Positions 26,519-38,547 of a stretch of 48,247 bases of DNA are shown here, one piece after another. The stretch comes from Octopus bimaculoides (lineage: Eukaryota): assembly GCF_001194135.2 (NCBI RefSeq), contig NC_068983.1, positions 144,350,080 through 144,398,326 of the forward strand. The letters are read 5' to 3'. Below the pieces are notes generated by a model. That model had not been told where the DNA came from, did no database searches, and saw only the letters and a list, made by a program, of their open reading frames with translations. Both the position numbers and the translations under genes were made by a program. Position 1 is the first letter of the stretch. Each line of letters begins with the position of its first letter.

Positions 26519-27254
26519 TTTTAAGATGAGAGTATGTTTACAGCTATTTCTGTATATCAAGCTGGGGTAAGTTTTTATTTACCTCGTTACAGTTGATAGA
26601 CATCTTCAAAACGGTTATATGGTATAAGATAAATAGAAGGAAAATAGAAAGAAAATATAAGGAAAGGAAAGGAAAAACGAAAAATGTTCGTTAATTCAAT
26701 AGTCTTACATTTTAGTGACTTCCATAATTCTTTGTATCAGTTGGAGGATAGAGGAGAAGAGAGTTTGTTAAATCCATTGTCTTATAATTAGTTAGATTCA
26801 TAATTGCACGTGTCTGTAGGTTATATCATCCGGTGCCCATGGCTAGTTGACTGCCGGTGTAAGCCGAGGGCGTTATAGCTATTGGGAATGGCCGGTGTAA
26901 TTATTTGGACATATGTGACATTAATTTATAACTTGTAATTTAGTTCATGTAGTTTCAAAAGAAGCCGTAGTATAAGGCTAATATTATTTAAAGTATGTAC
27001 GATACAGTGTATACAATGGGCTAAGTAAAGGAATAGTAGAAAGTGTTGAAAACATGCATAGAAAAACAATAAGGTAAATTATAGCATGTAAAATGAGTCG
27101 GTAGTCTAGCTATCAAGTGAAATTAAATCACAGGAAAATAGTGCCCAAGCGTAGTACGTACAATTAGCAAAAGTTCAGTAATTAGTTATAATGTGGAGTG
27201 AATTTGAGTAATATTAAGTGGTACGTAGGAAGGTTAACCTGTCATATCTCAACC

Positions 27255-27368
27255 TTTCTTTCTTCCTTATCGCATACCTTGTTGCCAGCTGGGCATGCTA
27301 TTTCTATGATCCAGCATAGTTTGTTTTCTTTTTCAATTTAGACTATGTCTGGCTTCCTATTCTCTATC
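27255..27368 (-). mobile_element. R4/Dong LINE RLE fragment
   Basis: EIENRKPDIV*IEKENKLCWIIEIACPAGNKVCDKEER, similar to 36085-36200. Confidence 0.8.
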
Positions 27369-27389
27369 TCATAATAATAATAATTATTA

Positions 27390-27895
27390 TTATGAAGAAG
27401 AAGGCCGGCGTCATAAAAACAGAAAGTTGTGAAGCTAAAAAAAAAAAAAAGAAATCCAAACAAGAAATGAACAAGAAAGAAGAAAAATCATGGAAGGAAA
27501 AAAACGCACGGTCGGTTTGCAAGAGATGTGAATGCAAAGACAGATACAGAGGGTCGGTGGCTATGAATGAGGAGGAGTGAGCTAAAGATAGAAACAGAAG
27601 CACATATCTGCGTAGCTCAGGAGCAAACGTTAAGGACTAATTATATGAAGTGCAGAATTGACAACACTACCGATAGCGACAAATGCAGAATGTGTGGTGA
27701 GAGGGGTGAAACGGTATGTCATATCGTTAGCGGATGCCCGAAATTGGTACAACGCGAATACAAACGTCGCCATGCCAATGTGGTAAGAATCATCCATTAG
27801 GAGCTATGTGGAAATCACGGCCGACAAAGTGCAAAGACGTGGTATTAGAAAACCCCAGAAAGAGTCACCGAAAATGAGAATTGCAAAATCCTGTA
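27390..27895 (+). mobile_element. R4/Dong LINE fragment running into an N-gap
   Basis: MRRSELKIETEAHICVAQEQTLRTNYMKCRIDNTTDSDKCRMCGERGETVCHIVSGCPKLVQREYKRRHANVVRIIH (CCHC knuckle). Confidence 0.9.
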
Positions 27896-28456
27896 ANNNN
27901 NNNNNNNNNNNNNNNNNNNNNNNNNNNNNNNNNNNNNNNNNNNNNNNNNNNNNNNNNNNNNNNNNNNNNNNNNNNNNNNNNNNNNNNNNNNNNNNNNNNN
28001 NNNNNNNNNNNNNNNNNNNNNNNNNNNNNNNNNNNNNNNNNNNNNNNNNNNNNNNNNNNNNNNNNNNNNNNNNNNNNNNNNNNNNNNNNNNNNNNNNNNN
28101 NNNNNNNNNNNNNNNNNNNNNNNNNNNNNNNNNNNNNNNNNNNNNNNNNNNNNNNNNNNNNNNNNNNNNNNNNNNNNNNNNNNNNNNNNNNNNNNNNNNN
28201 NNNNNNNNNNNNNNNNNNNNNNNNNNNNNNNNNNNNNNNNNNNNNNNNNNNNNNNNNNNNNNNNNNNNNNNNNNNNNNNNNNNNNNNNNNNNNNNNNNNN
28301 NNNNNNNNNNNNNNNNNNNNNNNNNNNNNNNNNNNNNNNNNNNNNNNNNNNNNNNNNNNNNNNNNNNNNNNNNNNNNNNNNNNNNNNNNNNNNNNNNNNN
28401 NNNNNNNNNNNNNNNNNNNNNNNNNNNNNNNNNNNNNNNNNNNNNNNNNNNNNNNN

Positions 28457-28489
<33 letters not shown>

Positions 28490-28759
28490 GACATACGTAT
28501 TGTATTGCTATGGCGACGTGTGTACGTGTATTCGTATGTAACAATTCTGGATTACGGGAAGTGCATAGGGGTATCAGGACAATAGACGTACTTTACGCGG
28601 TAAATTATCAATATGAAGTCTTGATAAGCTTCACATATTGTTAGTTATCTTTCTTTATCGTAAACTATGTAGATATACACGTCGCTGCTTCACTGAATCG
28701 TAAGTATGTATGTAAGAATTTATGCATACATACACGTCACAAGTACATCAATCACTCAA

Positions 28760-28829
28760 TGTATGTATGTATGTATGTATGTATGTATCTATCTATCTAT
28801 CTACCTATGTATATATGTATGTATGTATG

Positions 28830-28863
<34 letters not shown>

Positions 28864-28869
28864 TGTATG

Positions 28870-28924
<55 letters not shown>

Positions 28925-28970
28925 ATATCTATCTATCTATCTATCAATGTATGTATGTATCTGTCTATCT
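28760..28970. repeat. Compound (TATG)n/(TATC)n microsatellite
   Basis: Seen directly. Confidence 0.95.
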
Positions 28971-29275
28971 ATTTTATATATAATTATCCTTTATGAAACG
29001 GAAAAATCTGCAATTATAGTGAAATTTATGGAGTAGGAGAATGTACTGTTACTTTAAATTATTGAAAAATGTACGCTCATGAAGCACACACATTCACACA
29101 AATCACAACTCCCCCCCACACACAGACACACACATATATGTTTATCGAATTTGCATATATGGAAAAAGATAAATGTGAAGTGGAAAGCTACTTGTAGCCT
29201 TTAAATTACCGCATAGAAACAGTCTACTCTAAAAATGTGTGTGCATTGTGTGTGGGTGTGAGTATGTATATATAT

Positions 29276-29316
<41 letters not shown>

Positions 29317-29637
29317 CATATATATANNNNNNNNNNNNNNNNNNNNNNNNNNNNNNNNNNNNNNNNNNNNNNNNNNNNNNNNNNNNNNNNNNNNNNNNNN
29401 NNNNNNNNNNNNNNNNNNNNNNNNNNNNNNNNNNNNNNNNNNNNNNNNNNNNNNNNNNNNNNNNNNNNNNNNNNNNNNNNNNNNNNNNNNNNNNNNNNNN
29501 NNNNNNNNNNNNNNNNNNNNNNNNNNNNNNNNNNNNNNNNNNNNNNNNNNNNNNNNNNNNNNNNNNNNNNNNNNNNNNNNNNNNNNATATATAGATAGAT
29601 AGATAGTTGTGAGTAATGTGTTGTCAAAAAGGTAAAC

Positions 29638-29807
29638 TATAATTGTTACTACGTGTAACTAAGTGTGTTAGAACGCCTACATTACAGTCTCTGTTTTTAT
29701 ATATGTATACAGTTATGTGCTTTATCTACATCATTAGAGCTTTTTATCTCTTATATTTAGCAACGTAGGTGTTCTAACACCCTTAGTCTCACTTAGTGAC
29801 TGTTATA
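29638..29807. mobile_element. Short MITE, ~48-bp imperfect TIRs, TA-flanked
   Basis: 29638-29685 versus 29760-29807. Same terminus as 4331 and 4673. Confidence 0.7.
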
Positions 29808-30460
29808 TATATAAACATATATATATATTTTCTATAATTTATACATACACACACACACACGAACGGCTCGCACACACGTCCAAACTAGCTCATCCTCACC
29901 TCACGTATAAAAAACATGGCAGGAAGTACACATTCATTAGGAAGTCACTTTTACGATCACTCTGGGATTAGGCCTTTTCTGTAACAATAGCCTGTTGAAA
30001 CCAGCTTCCGCAGTGTTGATGCTGCTGCTGGTAACAGCAATGGTGGTTGTGAAAAGATGACAACGATGGTAGCGACGACGACGACAACATATGAAGATGG
30101 TTTATGATAACGGAACAGATTTGTATGATAATTACGAAGTTAGATCGTACGACAGAGCTTTCATTCATAAAGATAACGAGTTTTAGGTGATAAGGCAGCT
30201 GAGATAACTGAATGCTGCGGCGTCGGAGTTATTTAGTAACCCCGGGATTGCACTAAAGTGTCGAAACGGTTCAGCAGAATTTTATTGAGAAAGGTTGATG
30301 TGCCACGATAATGTTGAGGAGGACGGGACAAGATGGGTAAATACTTTCCACTTATATTAGCGTTGAAAACAGAGGTGGTTTTATGCACAAAATCAAAACC
30401 GGGTCAGTGACACCTACATCAGTTCTTCGTAGCTTAGGCACCCTTCTCTTTGTAGTTGCT

Positions 30461-30462
<2 letters not shown>

Positions 30463-30526
<64 letters not shown>

Positions 30527-30555
30527 TTACTACTACTGTTGCTGCTGCTGCTGCT
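30463..30555. repeat. (CTA)n then (GCT)n microsatellite
   Basis: Seen directly. Confidence 0.95.
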
Positions 30556-31020
30556 TATCATAGGCTTGAGGTCGCAAAACATGAAGATGTAGAGGGAACA
30601 TTCATCTAAATTTAAGTGTATTTGTTCGGGGCGATAAAGAGAAAAAAAACTGACCTGTGAAGAATCTGAATTAATAATTTTAAAATGCTGTTTTCTGATG
30701 TCCAAATTTCCCTCAAATTATACCCCGCTATCTTAACCAAAGCAAAAGCCAGTGGACAATGTGATCTCAGATGTACACACATTGATATGGGATGGTAAAG
30801 GATGAAACACCTTTTATCATAAGTCTTCACGGTGTCGGCTAACCCGAGGCTATGCAATAGGAACACAGAAAAAGGTTGATATTAACATACACTATAAATG
30901 TTCTCAAAAAATGACAAAGTGACCCTAATCCGAGGCATGTCAATACGGACACAAGAGATGAAAGTAAATCAAACAGATATTAATGCCAAACATAACCTGA
31001 AAAGGAAATGCAACCTTAAT

Positions 31021-31561
31021 GCTGAGATCCCCTTCGGTCATGACTGACCATGGGATTGCACCTAGAAAGTTACCCTAACTGCAATAGTCGCAGAGTCAAT
31101 GTACGGAAATCTGGAAAAGTGGAATCCTGCCACATGAGCAGAAGGGTTTTCCAAGCGTAAGTGTAGAGATATCAAGGATCAACTCTTCCATATGCTGTCA
31201 GTTCCGTCCTCCACGTCGCCATACTTTTTCCAAGCAATCGCTCAACATTCGATGCAATACTAAATAGGTTAATACATTCTATAATCCAAGTCCGGGCGAA
31301 GTTGTTTATAGAAGACCAACAGTCACCCATGCATACTGGTCTCCCCTTTCCACTCCATCAGTGTTATCCAAAGGAAAGGCAAAGGCCGATACAGCTAGGC
31401 ACCTGTGACGTCGCAACTCATTTCTACAGCTGAGTGAACTGGAGCCACGTGAAATAAAGTGTCTTGCTCAAGAACAAAACACGCAGCCCGGTCCGGGATT
31501 CGAACTCACAACCTCGCGATCGTAAGCTCGACGCTCTAACCACTGAGCCATGCGCCTTCAC
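31021..31561 (-). mobile_element. tRNA-derived SINE, family D, with 12-bp TSD and a nested LINE fragment
   Basis: Minus-strand head GAAGGCGCATGGCTCAGTGGTTAGAGCG...GAGTTCGAATCCC. TSD TGCAACCTTAAT at 31009-31020 and 31562-31573. Confidence 0.9.
31077..31290. mobile_element. Dong LINE RT fragment with an internal inversion, inside SINE D
   Basis: 31127-31185 matches the reverse complement of 37689-37745. 31183-31290 matches 37481-37588 directly (7 mismatches in 108 bp by eye). Confidence 0.9.
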
Positions 31562-31597
31562 TGCAACCTTAATAAGGTGATAATATATACACTAGAC

Positions 31598-31998
31598 ACG
31601 CTGGGCGAAATGCTTAGCGGTATATCGTTTGTCTTTAACTTCTGAGTTCAAATTCCGCCGAGGTCGACTTTGCCTTTCATAATTTCGGGATCGATAAATT
31701 AAGTACCAGTTGCGTACTGGAGTTGATCTAATCGACTGGCCTCCTCCCCTAAAATTTCGGGCCTAGAGTAGAAAAGAATATATACACTAGACACGCCGGG
31801 CGAAATGCTTAGCGGTATTTCGTTTGCCGTTACGTTCTCAGATGAAATTCCGCCGAGGTCGACTTTGCCTTTCATCATTTCTGGGTCGATTACATAAGTA
31901 CCAGTTACTCTCTGGGGTCGATGTAGTCGACTTAATCCCTTTCTCTGTCCTTGTTTGTCCCCTCTATATCCCCAGCCCCTGTGGACAATAAAGAAAGA
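31598..31998 (+). mobile_element. Two tandem 5'-truncated family B SINEs with different tails
   Basis: Copies at 31598-31776 and 31793-31998, separated and flanked by AATATATACACTA(G/A)AC. Confidence 0.85.
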
Positions 31999-32779
31999 AA
32001 TATATACACTAAACAAAAAATAGAAACTTTTCTCGTCGTCGAGTGTATCTGTTTCAATACATTTTATATATCATCTCCACTTCATGATTATCATATCATG
32101 TCTCAGTTCTGAATATCAACATCAGTACTAAATATCCTCATATAAAGAAATAAGAATAGTGATAAACAGGATTTGCGTTAGTTAAACTTCAAGGCCAAAA
32201 TAAATGCACATAAATAGTTAAAACACTAGGGCTTAGACGCATACACAAGCTACATGCACTACTCGGCCGTAGAGATATTTAATGTAGAATACATTTAATG
32301 TAAAAACAAACATAAAAAAACACTATGATGTATATTTTCTGTGAAGTTGTTAAAAGTTGGATGACTGCCGAAAATGTGAGTGATTGTCTCAACGATATTT
32401 TCGATACATAATGTGAATGAAGTTTTCTCCCAGCGTATTGTCCGGGGTTTGAGATAGGAGAGGGCATTTGCCCTTGCTAATCACATATTCCTCTTGTAGG
32501 ATGGTTCCTTAATCTGCACTAGTTGAAAGCCTTCTTGGATAGGGAGGCCTGTATCATTACTTACTTATATACCAGGTATATCTTAATATTTGCTTTCTCG
32601 TTGCTCTTTCGATTTCTATATAACCCCATGCATTTATGTAACCTAGTGTTTGGTGTTGTAACTGCTTTAATGATTCATCGTATCGAACCACAACTCATCG
32701 ACTAGGGTGAGCAGCAATTTTTGTCTCTTCTGTATAAAATACATTTTGTGTTCTTGTGTATTCAGAACTCGTCTTAATC

Positions 32780-33975
32780 TTCTTGCTGATCTACGGAAAC
32801 AGGATGTGTGCACTTAAACCACTTTCAGATTAAGTTTAAATGTTTTCAATTTTTTCGTTTATTCTCGAAATTCTACGTGGCAAGTTCAAAGGCCCGAATG
32901 AAAGGTGGCAGAGTCATGACAATCTTAACTATTTTGTCCTAGCATTCTAGGATTTCATGCTTCAAATCGGTATAATACTATACTTTTTCCTTTCCCTTGT
33001 TCCTGACTCTGGTATGATTTAGACATCGCATGTCAATTACAAAACAAAGTATCTTCTTATCAACAACTACATTACGCCGCTTGTGTTATATTCTCCTTTT
33101 GATTTATATCGGTAAGTCCCATTGCAACATTGTTTTCGAGAACATTTATTTCTATTCTCACAAAATGATTATTTCTCTTTTTCTCTTTCGTTTGCTTGCA
33201 AAATCACGTCTTTTGCAAAGATTTCAGTGAATTATTGCTACAATCTTTTCATGTTATACTGTTTGAATTCATTCCAAGCTAACTGGAAATCCCTGCACAG
33301 CATGAACTGTCGTCTCACCTAATTCATCATGCATGCTACACTTCAGTTAGCAGCCCTGCTGATCTATTACTGTCTTAATATAATTTATATCTAGAGCCTG
33401 TTGCTGTGCTGCTAAAATCATTCACACGGTCTCTTTATCGAGCGTCCCTTTTTTAGTCAGAACTAGCTCTGTTTGCTTCTTGTCATTCCTTATAAGTTTT
33501 TTTTTGTGGGGTGGGTAGAGAATGGAATGTAGCTGTTGTCCTTCAGTTTACAAATTTTGTACATAGTCCTTCACCTATTAGCTCCGCAAGAAGAGCTTCC
33601 CTTTCTTCTTGATAGAAACTTGTTTAAATTAGCTCTGCTACGACATTCACTCATTAAACCACTTCCTCATACTCTTTTCCAGTATACATGGCACACATCT
33701 GATTTAGTATGCATGCCTCAGTACATTGTGAGATTACCTAATTTTTCTATGGGTGAGGGAGGATGAGCTGAATGATTTCAGCTCATCTCACCTCTACTTA
33801 TTAATTCTCACTGCCCTCAATTTCAATGCTTGTATCATATTTCTTACATACAATTTAGATCTTTAAAACTGTCTACGCAAATATTCTTTCTGAGGACTTC
33901 ATGACTTCATAATAATGCTTTCGAATTTATCACTTCCCATTATTTCCAGATATTTATATGCTTCTTAATTTATAT
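32780..33975 (-). mobile_element. Old R4/Dong LINE remnant (post-RT region, CCHC, RLE)
   Basis: Decayed EAYKYLEI, LTMY*GMHTKSDV, LKKGTLDKETV*MILAAQQQAL and FVIDMRCLNHTRV..KEKV..Y.DLKHEI. Confidence 0.75.
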
Positions 33976-34000
33976 GCTTCTTAATTTATATGCTTCTTAA
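33953..34000 (+). repeat. 16-bp unit x3 (TTTATATGCTTCTTAA)
   Basis: Perfect triplication at the 5' end of the Dong remnant. Confidence 0.95.
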
Positions 34001-34015
34001 TTTCTCGTCAAGTAT

Positions 34016-34663
34016 TTGATTCTTTTACTTGTATCAGTCACTTGACTGCGGCCATGCTGGAGCACCACCTTTAGTCGAACAAATTGACCCCAGGACTTAT
34101 TCTTTCTAAGCCTAGTATTTATTCTATCGGTCTCTTTTGCCGAACCGTTAAGGTTCGGGGCGTAAACGCATCAACATTGGTTGTCAAGCGATGGTGAGGA
34201 GATAGATACATACACACTAATACATACATACATACATACATACATACGTACATACATACATACATACATACATACATGGTGGTTGTCTACTCCTTACACA
34301 GAGTTTGACCACCTCCTGCACCTACACCTTAGCCCTTGCATGGCGTCTGATGTGGCTTTTAAAACCAGACAGTGTTTTGAAAAAACACCCACACAGATTG
34401 CACCTCTGATTTGTTCTACCAATACCTTCAGGTAAGTTCTGCTCACTGTGGATCCTAACATGTCTTTTAAGATCCACATTGGATTTGCAAGCCCTTTGGC
34501 ACACACCACATACATACATACATACATACATACATGCATACATATTTATGTGTGTGTGTGCGACGAGCTTCTTTCAGTTTCCGTCTACCAAATCCACTCA
34601 CAAGGCTTTTGGTCGACCCGTGGCTTGTAGAAGACACTTGCCCGAGGTGCCACTCAGTGGCAA
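34016..34663 (-). mobile_element. SINE family A interrupted in its internal microsatellite
   Basis: 3' half at 34016-34260 and 5' half at 34510-34663 both match 45593-45986. Confidence 0.85.
34278..34508 (-). mobile_element. 5'-truncated LINE 3' end (RTE-like) encoding two C2H2 fingers, (ATGT)n tail
   Basis: CGVCQRACKSNVDLKRHVRIH and CNLCGCFFKTLSGFKSHIRRH, a stop, a short 3' UTR and then (ATGT)n. The RTE assignment is inferred from the C-terminal CCHH finger and tandem-repeat tail. Confidence 0.7.
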
Positions 34664-35309
34664 TTAACCTGCTCCTTTATAAGTATATTTATTTTAATAC
34701 TTCTTATGAATTGTCTCAACTTCAAGATCATCACTTCACATTTCTCAACTCCGAATATCAATTCAATGTCACTAGTAAATATTCTAATGGTTTGTACAAT
34801 GAAATTCATTTAATCTCTGCTTTTGCCATAAAACTTTAAATCATTCGTAAATAATCGATGATTCACTTTTTCTTTATTCATTTCCAGTGGGAATCCTCCT
34901 TTAGCTTTTAGTATAATCGAATAATTTTCGGTAATAATGCGATTGCAAACTGTCCCTTAGAAAGACTCCTCTTCTGATCTATCGACTTCTCTTTTTCTTC
35001 CAATTCTCGACTCTATTCACCAATGTTGCGTTGCAGCATCTAACAAATACGTAATTCTTCTTTTCTTTCAAGAATATCAATATTTCTAGGTATCACATGA
35101 TCTGCGTATATGAGATGAGATTATAAGCTTTTTTACTAATCGATCTCGCGATTATTCCTTCTGCCATTCCTCTTGACTAGCTTGTCGATTATAAAACATC
35201 GTTCATTTATTTGTTCTTTCTGTTTATTAGGCATTACCAATTATATAATTACTCCTTATTAGGAGTAACTACATAATTGATAGACATGTGGTTGACTTCT
35301 TCACGGCAT

Positions 35310-35440
35310 TTCGCCTTTATCCGAGGTCGGCGTTGCCTTTCATCCTTTTAGGGTTCGATAAAATAAGTACCAGTCATGCACTGGGGTCGGTGAAATCGAG
35401 TGGCTCCAACCACGCAAATTTCAGAATTTGTAGAAATAAT
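35310..35440 (+). mobile_element. SINE family B, degenerate 3' part
   Basis: CCGAGGTCGGCGTTGCCTTTCATCCTTTTAGGGTTCGATAAAATAAGTACCAG. Confidence 0.7.
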
Positions 35441-35484
35441 AAGTATTATTAATATTAATATTAATTATAATTAATATTAATCAA

Positions 35485-35556
35485 AACTACCCAGATATTC
35501 ATTGCGTTAATCAAATTTTTGGCATTCGGGTTGGATTTCAACACCATCTTCACTCT
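35485..35556 (-). mobile_element. Small Dong RT C-terminal fragment
   Basis: RVKMVLKSNPNAKNLINAMNIW, similar in type to the post-RT block of the 36.9-37.0 kb copy. Confidence 0.55.
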
Positions 35557-35574
35557 TTATTATTATTATTGTTA

Positions 35575-35618
<44 letters not shown>

Positions 35619-35620
<2 letters not shown>

Positions 35621-35852
35621 ACATTCGGGTTGCCTGTATTTCCAGATCTTTGTATTTTGAAAGTTTCTCCGTTTCTTTTAGGGAAACGTTGTTATCTGCT
35701 GGTATTGATACATCAATTAGAAAGCATATTTTTCTTGATGATCTCTGACAACTATAACCGACCAATTGGCCTTAATTTTTCTATCCGCGAGTATTGACAT
35801 TCTGGCGTGTGCCTCTACCCTCTTTTTCCTGTTGTTATTCCATAATGCTAGA
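35619..35852 (-). mobile_element. Dong LINE RLE fragment (second family), followed by (AAT)n
   Basis: HYGITTGKR...ICFLIDVSIPADNNVSLKETEKLSKYKDLEIQATRMC, same family as 37953-38547. Confidence 0.85.
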
Positions 35853-37850
35853 GATTACTACGGTGTCAGCTGTCACCACCAGTGAACTAAGGCAACACCC
35901 CTTATTTTTCGAGCACCATCCGGAATATTCGAGCGGTTCCAAGCAGTGCTGTTTTTTGCAAGTGTTCCACCCTTATTGCAGCCCCTATTTATTCCATGTA
36001 CTTCTCAAGATTTTTACTACCATCTTTTTCAGCGACCACAACTGCTTAAACTCCCAAGCTAATCTGTCATATCTATCGACTTTTCTTTCTTCTTTATCGC
36101 ATACCTTCATGTCAGCTGGGCATGCTATAACTATGATCCAGTATCGTTTGCTTTCCTTCTCAAATAACACAATGTCTGATTTCCTATTCGCTATCTCATG
36201 GTCTCACTGAATCATAAAATCCTATAACATCTTTGTATTATCATTTTCGATGTTGTCTTCGGGTTTATGTTCGTACCACTGTTTTGCTCTGTCAAGTCCA
36301 TACTTGTTGCAAAGTATCCAATGGACAATCTTTGCTATATTGTCATGACGTCTCTTATATTCTTTCTGGGTTAGTGGCGTACATTGACGAGTAATATGAC
36401 TTACGGTTTCACTATTTTGTCCACAAATTCTGCAGTTATCACTTTCTGCTGCCTTGTCTATTCTGTATTTGATGTAATTCGTTTTAATGCTTGCTCTTAG
36501 TTAGCACAGATTAGAGCCTCCGTTTCCGGTTTTAAATCACTTTTAGTCATCCATAGTCATCATTTTTCTCTGTCTTATCTTCAACATTCCTATGAAATTG
36601 TCCATGCATTCTTTTCTTTATCCATTGTTTTTCAGTTTCATTCATTCTCAAGTGCTTATACAGTGCTTTATCTTTACAATTTTTCCATCCTACACAAACC
36701 TGACTTTCTAACTTCCAGTAATAGCGGTTCTGTGGCATTTTTTTACATATCATGCTATGTTGTTTTCTTCTGCTTTTATGCTATATTCGCATCCAGTCAG
36801 TCCTCTCCCACCTCTTTGTCTTGGTACATACAGTGTGTCTGTGCCAACTTTTTTGGGTGGAGTATCCCACATCTAGTCAGAAACTTCTTTGTCTTTCTGT
36901 CTAAGCTGTTTAATTCGTCTACTGTCCATGTGATGACCCCTGCTCCATATCTAAGGAGTGAAACCGCTCAGGTGTTGATAGCTTCAATCTTATTCCGTTC
37001 GTTTAAATTCGACTTAACGATCAGTCTCAGTCTGCGCAAGTACTCCACCTTAAATTTTTCTGTCATTTCTTTCTCCATCAATTTATCCATTTTCAATACC
37101 CCCAAGTACTGTTGGCCCGTCTCTTCCATCTGCTTCATAACCTACCGTGACGATATCGCTAGCCCGTCCATACATTTGATTTTGCCTCTCTTCAAGACTA
37201 ATACATCACACTTTTTCAGTCCGAACTGCATTTTGATATCAGCACTAAAAGTATACACTGTATCAACGAGGGAACTGACTTGGAATTCATCTTTGCCATA
37301 ACGTTTGAGGTCATCCATGAATAACAATTGGTTGACGTTTTGTTTGAGGCTTTTGAATACATACCCAGCCTTTTCTTTCCCCCAGAATCATTGTTAGTGG
37401 TATCATGCACAGAACATAGATCAGTGCGGACAGGCAATCCCCTTCGAAGATGCGTCTCCTGATTTCTATTGTCCGTAAACCTCTTCCATATGCTGTCAGT
37501 TTCGTCCTCCACTTCGCCATACTTTTTCCAAGCAATCGTTGAACATTCGATGCAGTACTAAATAGGTCAATTCATTCTATAATCCAAGAACGTGGGATTA
37601 TATTATACGCCTTACGATAAGCGATCCATGACATGGCTAAGTTAGTTTTCCGCCTCTTACAGTCTCAAAGCACTGATTTATCTACCAGGAGTTGACCCGT
37701 GGTATCTCTACACTTACGCTTGAAACCCTTCTGCTCATGTAGCAAGCTGGATATCGGCCTGTAATTGTGTACCGTATTGCCTTTTTCGATGTTTCTCAAG
37801 CACAGCACTATCCTACACATTGTAAACCACTCTAGTGTTATCTGGTCAAT
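35853..37850 (-). mobile_element. 5'-truncated R4/Dong LINE, about 2 kb (RT, CCHC, RLE, 3' UTR; many stops)
   Basis: NYRPIS, HEQKG, RRIFEGD, LFMDDLK, KYLG, MHGQF, CRICGQNSETVSHITRQC, RKSDIVL..IIVIACPAD, GTARIFRMVLEK*. Confidence 0.95.
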
Positions 37851-37852
37851 TA

Positions 37853-37876
37853 TTATCACCATCATCATCATCATCT

Positions 37877-37952
<76 letters not shown>
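37853..37952. repeat. (ATC)n/(TAC)n microsatellite
   Basis: Seen directly, between two Dong copies. Confidence 0.95.
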
Positions 37953-37954
<2 letters not shown>

Positions 37955-38547
37955 GTAGTCTTATTTTCATCACTTACTTTCCCTGCACTTACCAAGTGCT
38001 GCTCCGTGTGCTTTAGGTGTGTTCTGTGGTTTCTTTTATTGCTGTTATTTTCACTGTATTGAAAGTACTTTACGTAGGATGTGTGAAGTATTTTCTGTGT
38101 GTTATATATATTCGTAAGTCCTAATGTGCCTATTATTATAAGGATTCTATCTGTTTTTAGACTCCACATTCGGGCTATCTCTATTTTCAGAACTTTGAAC
38201 TTTGAGAGTTTCTCTGGTTCTTTTAGAAACACATTGTCATCTGTTGATGTTGATGCATTGATTAGAAGGCATTCTTTTTTCCTGATGACTTCTGACAACT
38301 ATATTCCGTCTATTATCTTTGATTTCTCTTTCTCTATCTGTATGTATTGGTATATCCCAGAGTATAATTGCATATACCATCTTTTTCCTGTTGTTATTCT
38401 ATAGTGGTGACATAGATTCCAATGTATATAAATCGCAACTCTGTCATTTCTGTGGATATATTCCTTCTTGGTCAGGACTACGCAGCCAGAGACAATATAA
38501 TTTTTTGTTTCTTCTCCATCACCACATAGTCTGCAGTTACTTGTCAT
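37953..38547 (-). mobile_element. 5'-truncated Dong LINE 3' end (second family)
   Basis: CRLCGDGEETKNYIVSGC..EYIHRNDRVA.YIHWNLC; ECLLINASTSTDDNVFLKEPEKLSKFK..LKIEIARMW; (TAG)n tail; (AAT)n at the 5' flank. Confidence 0.9.

Noticed and set aside
26535-26600. Minus-strand GAAATAGCTGTA, like a hammerhead 3' half
   Set aside because: No CUGANGA was found upstream.
30190-30350. GC-richer block with small hairpins and GAAAC
   Set aside because: It has no ribozyme core, no second copy and no coding signal.
34322-34543. Host C2H2 zinc-finger gene
   Set aside because: There are no TGEKP linkers or splice sites, it is truncated in a microsatellite, and it has a repeat tail. A LINE 3' end fits better.
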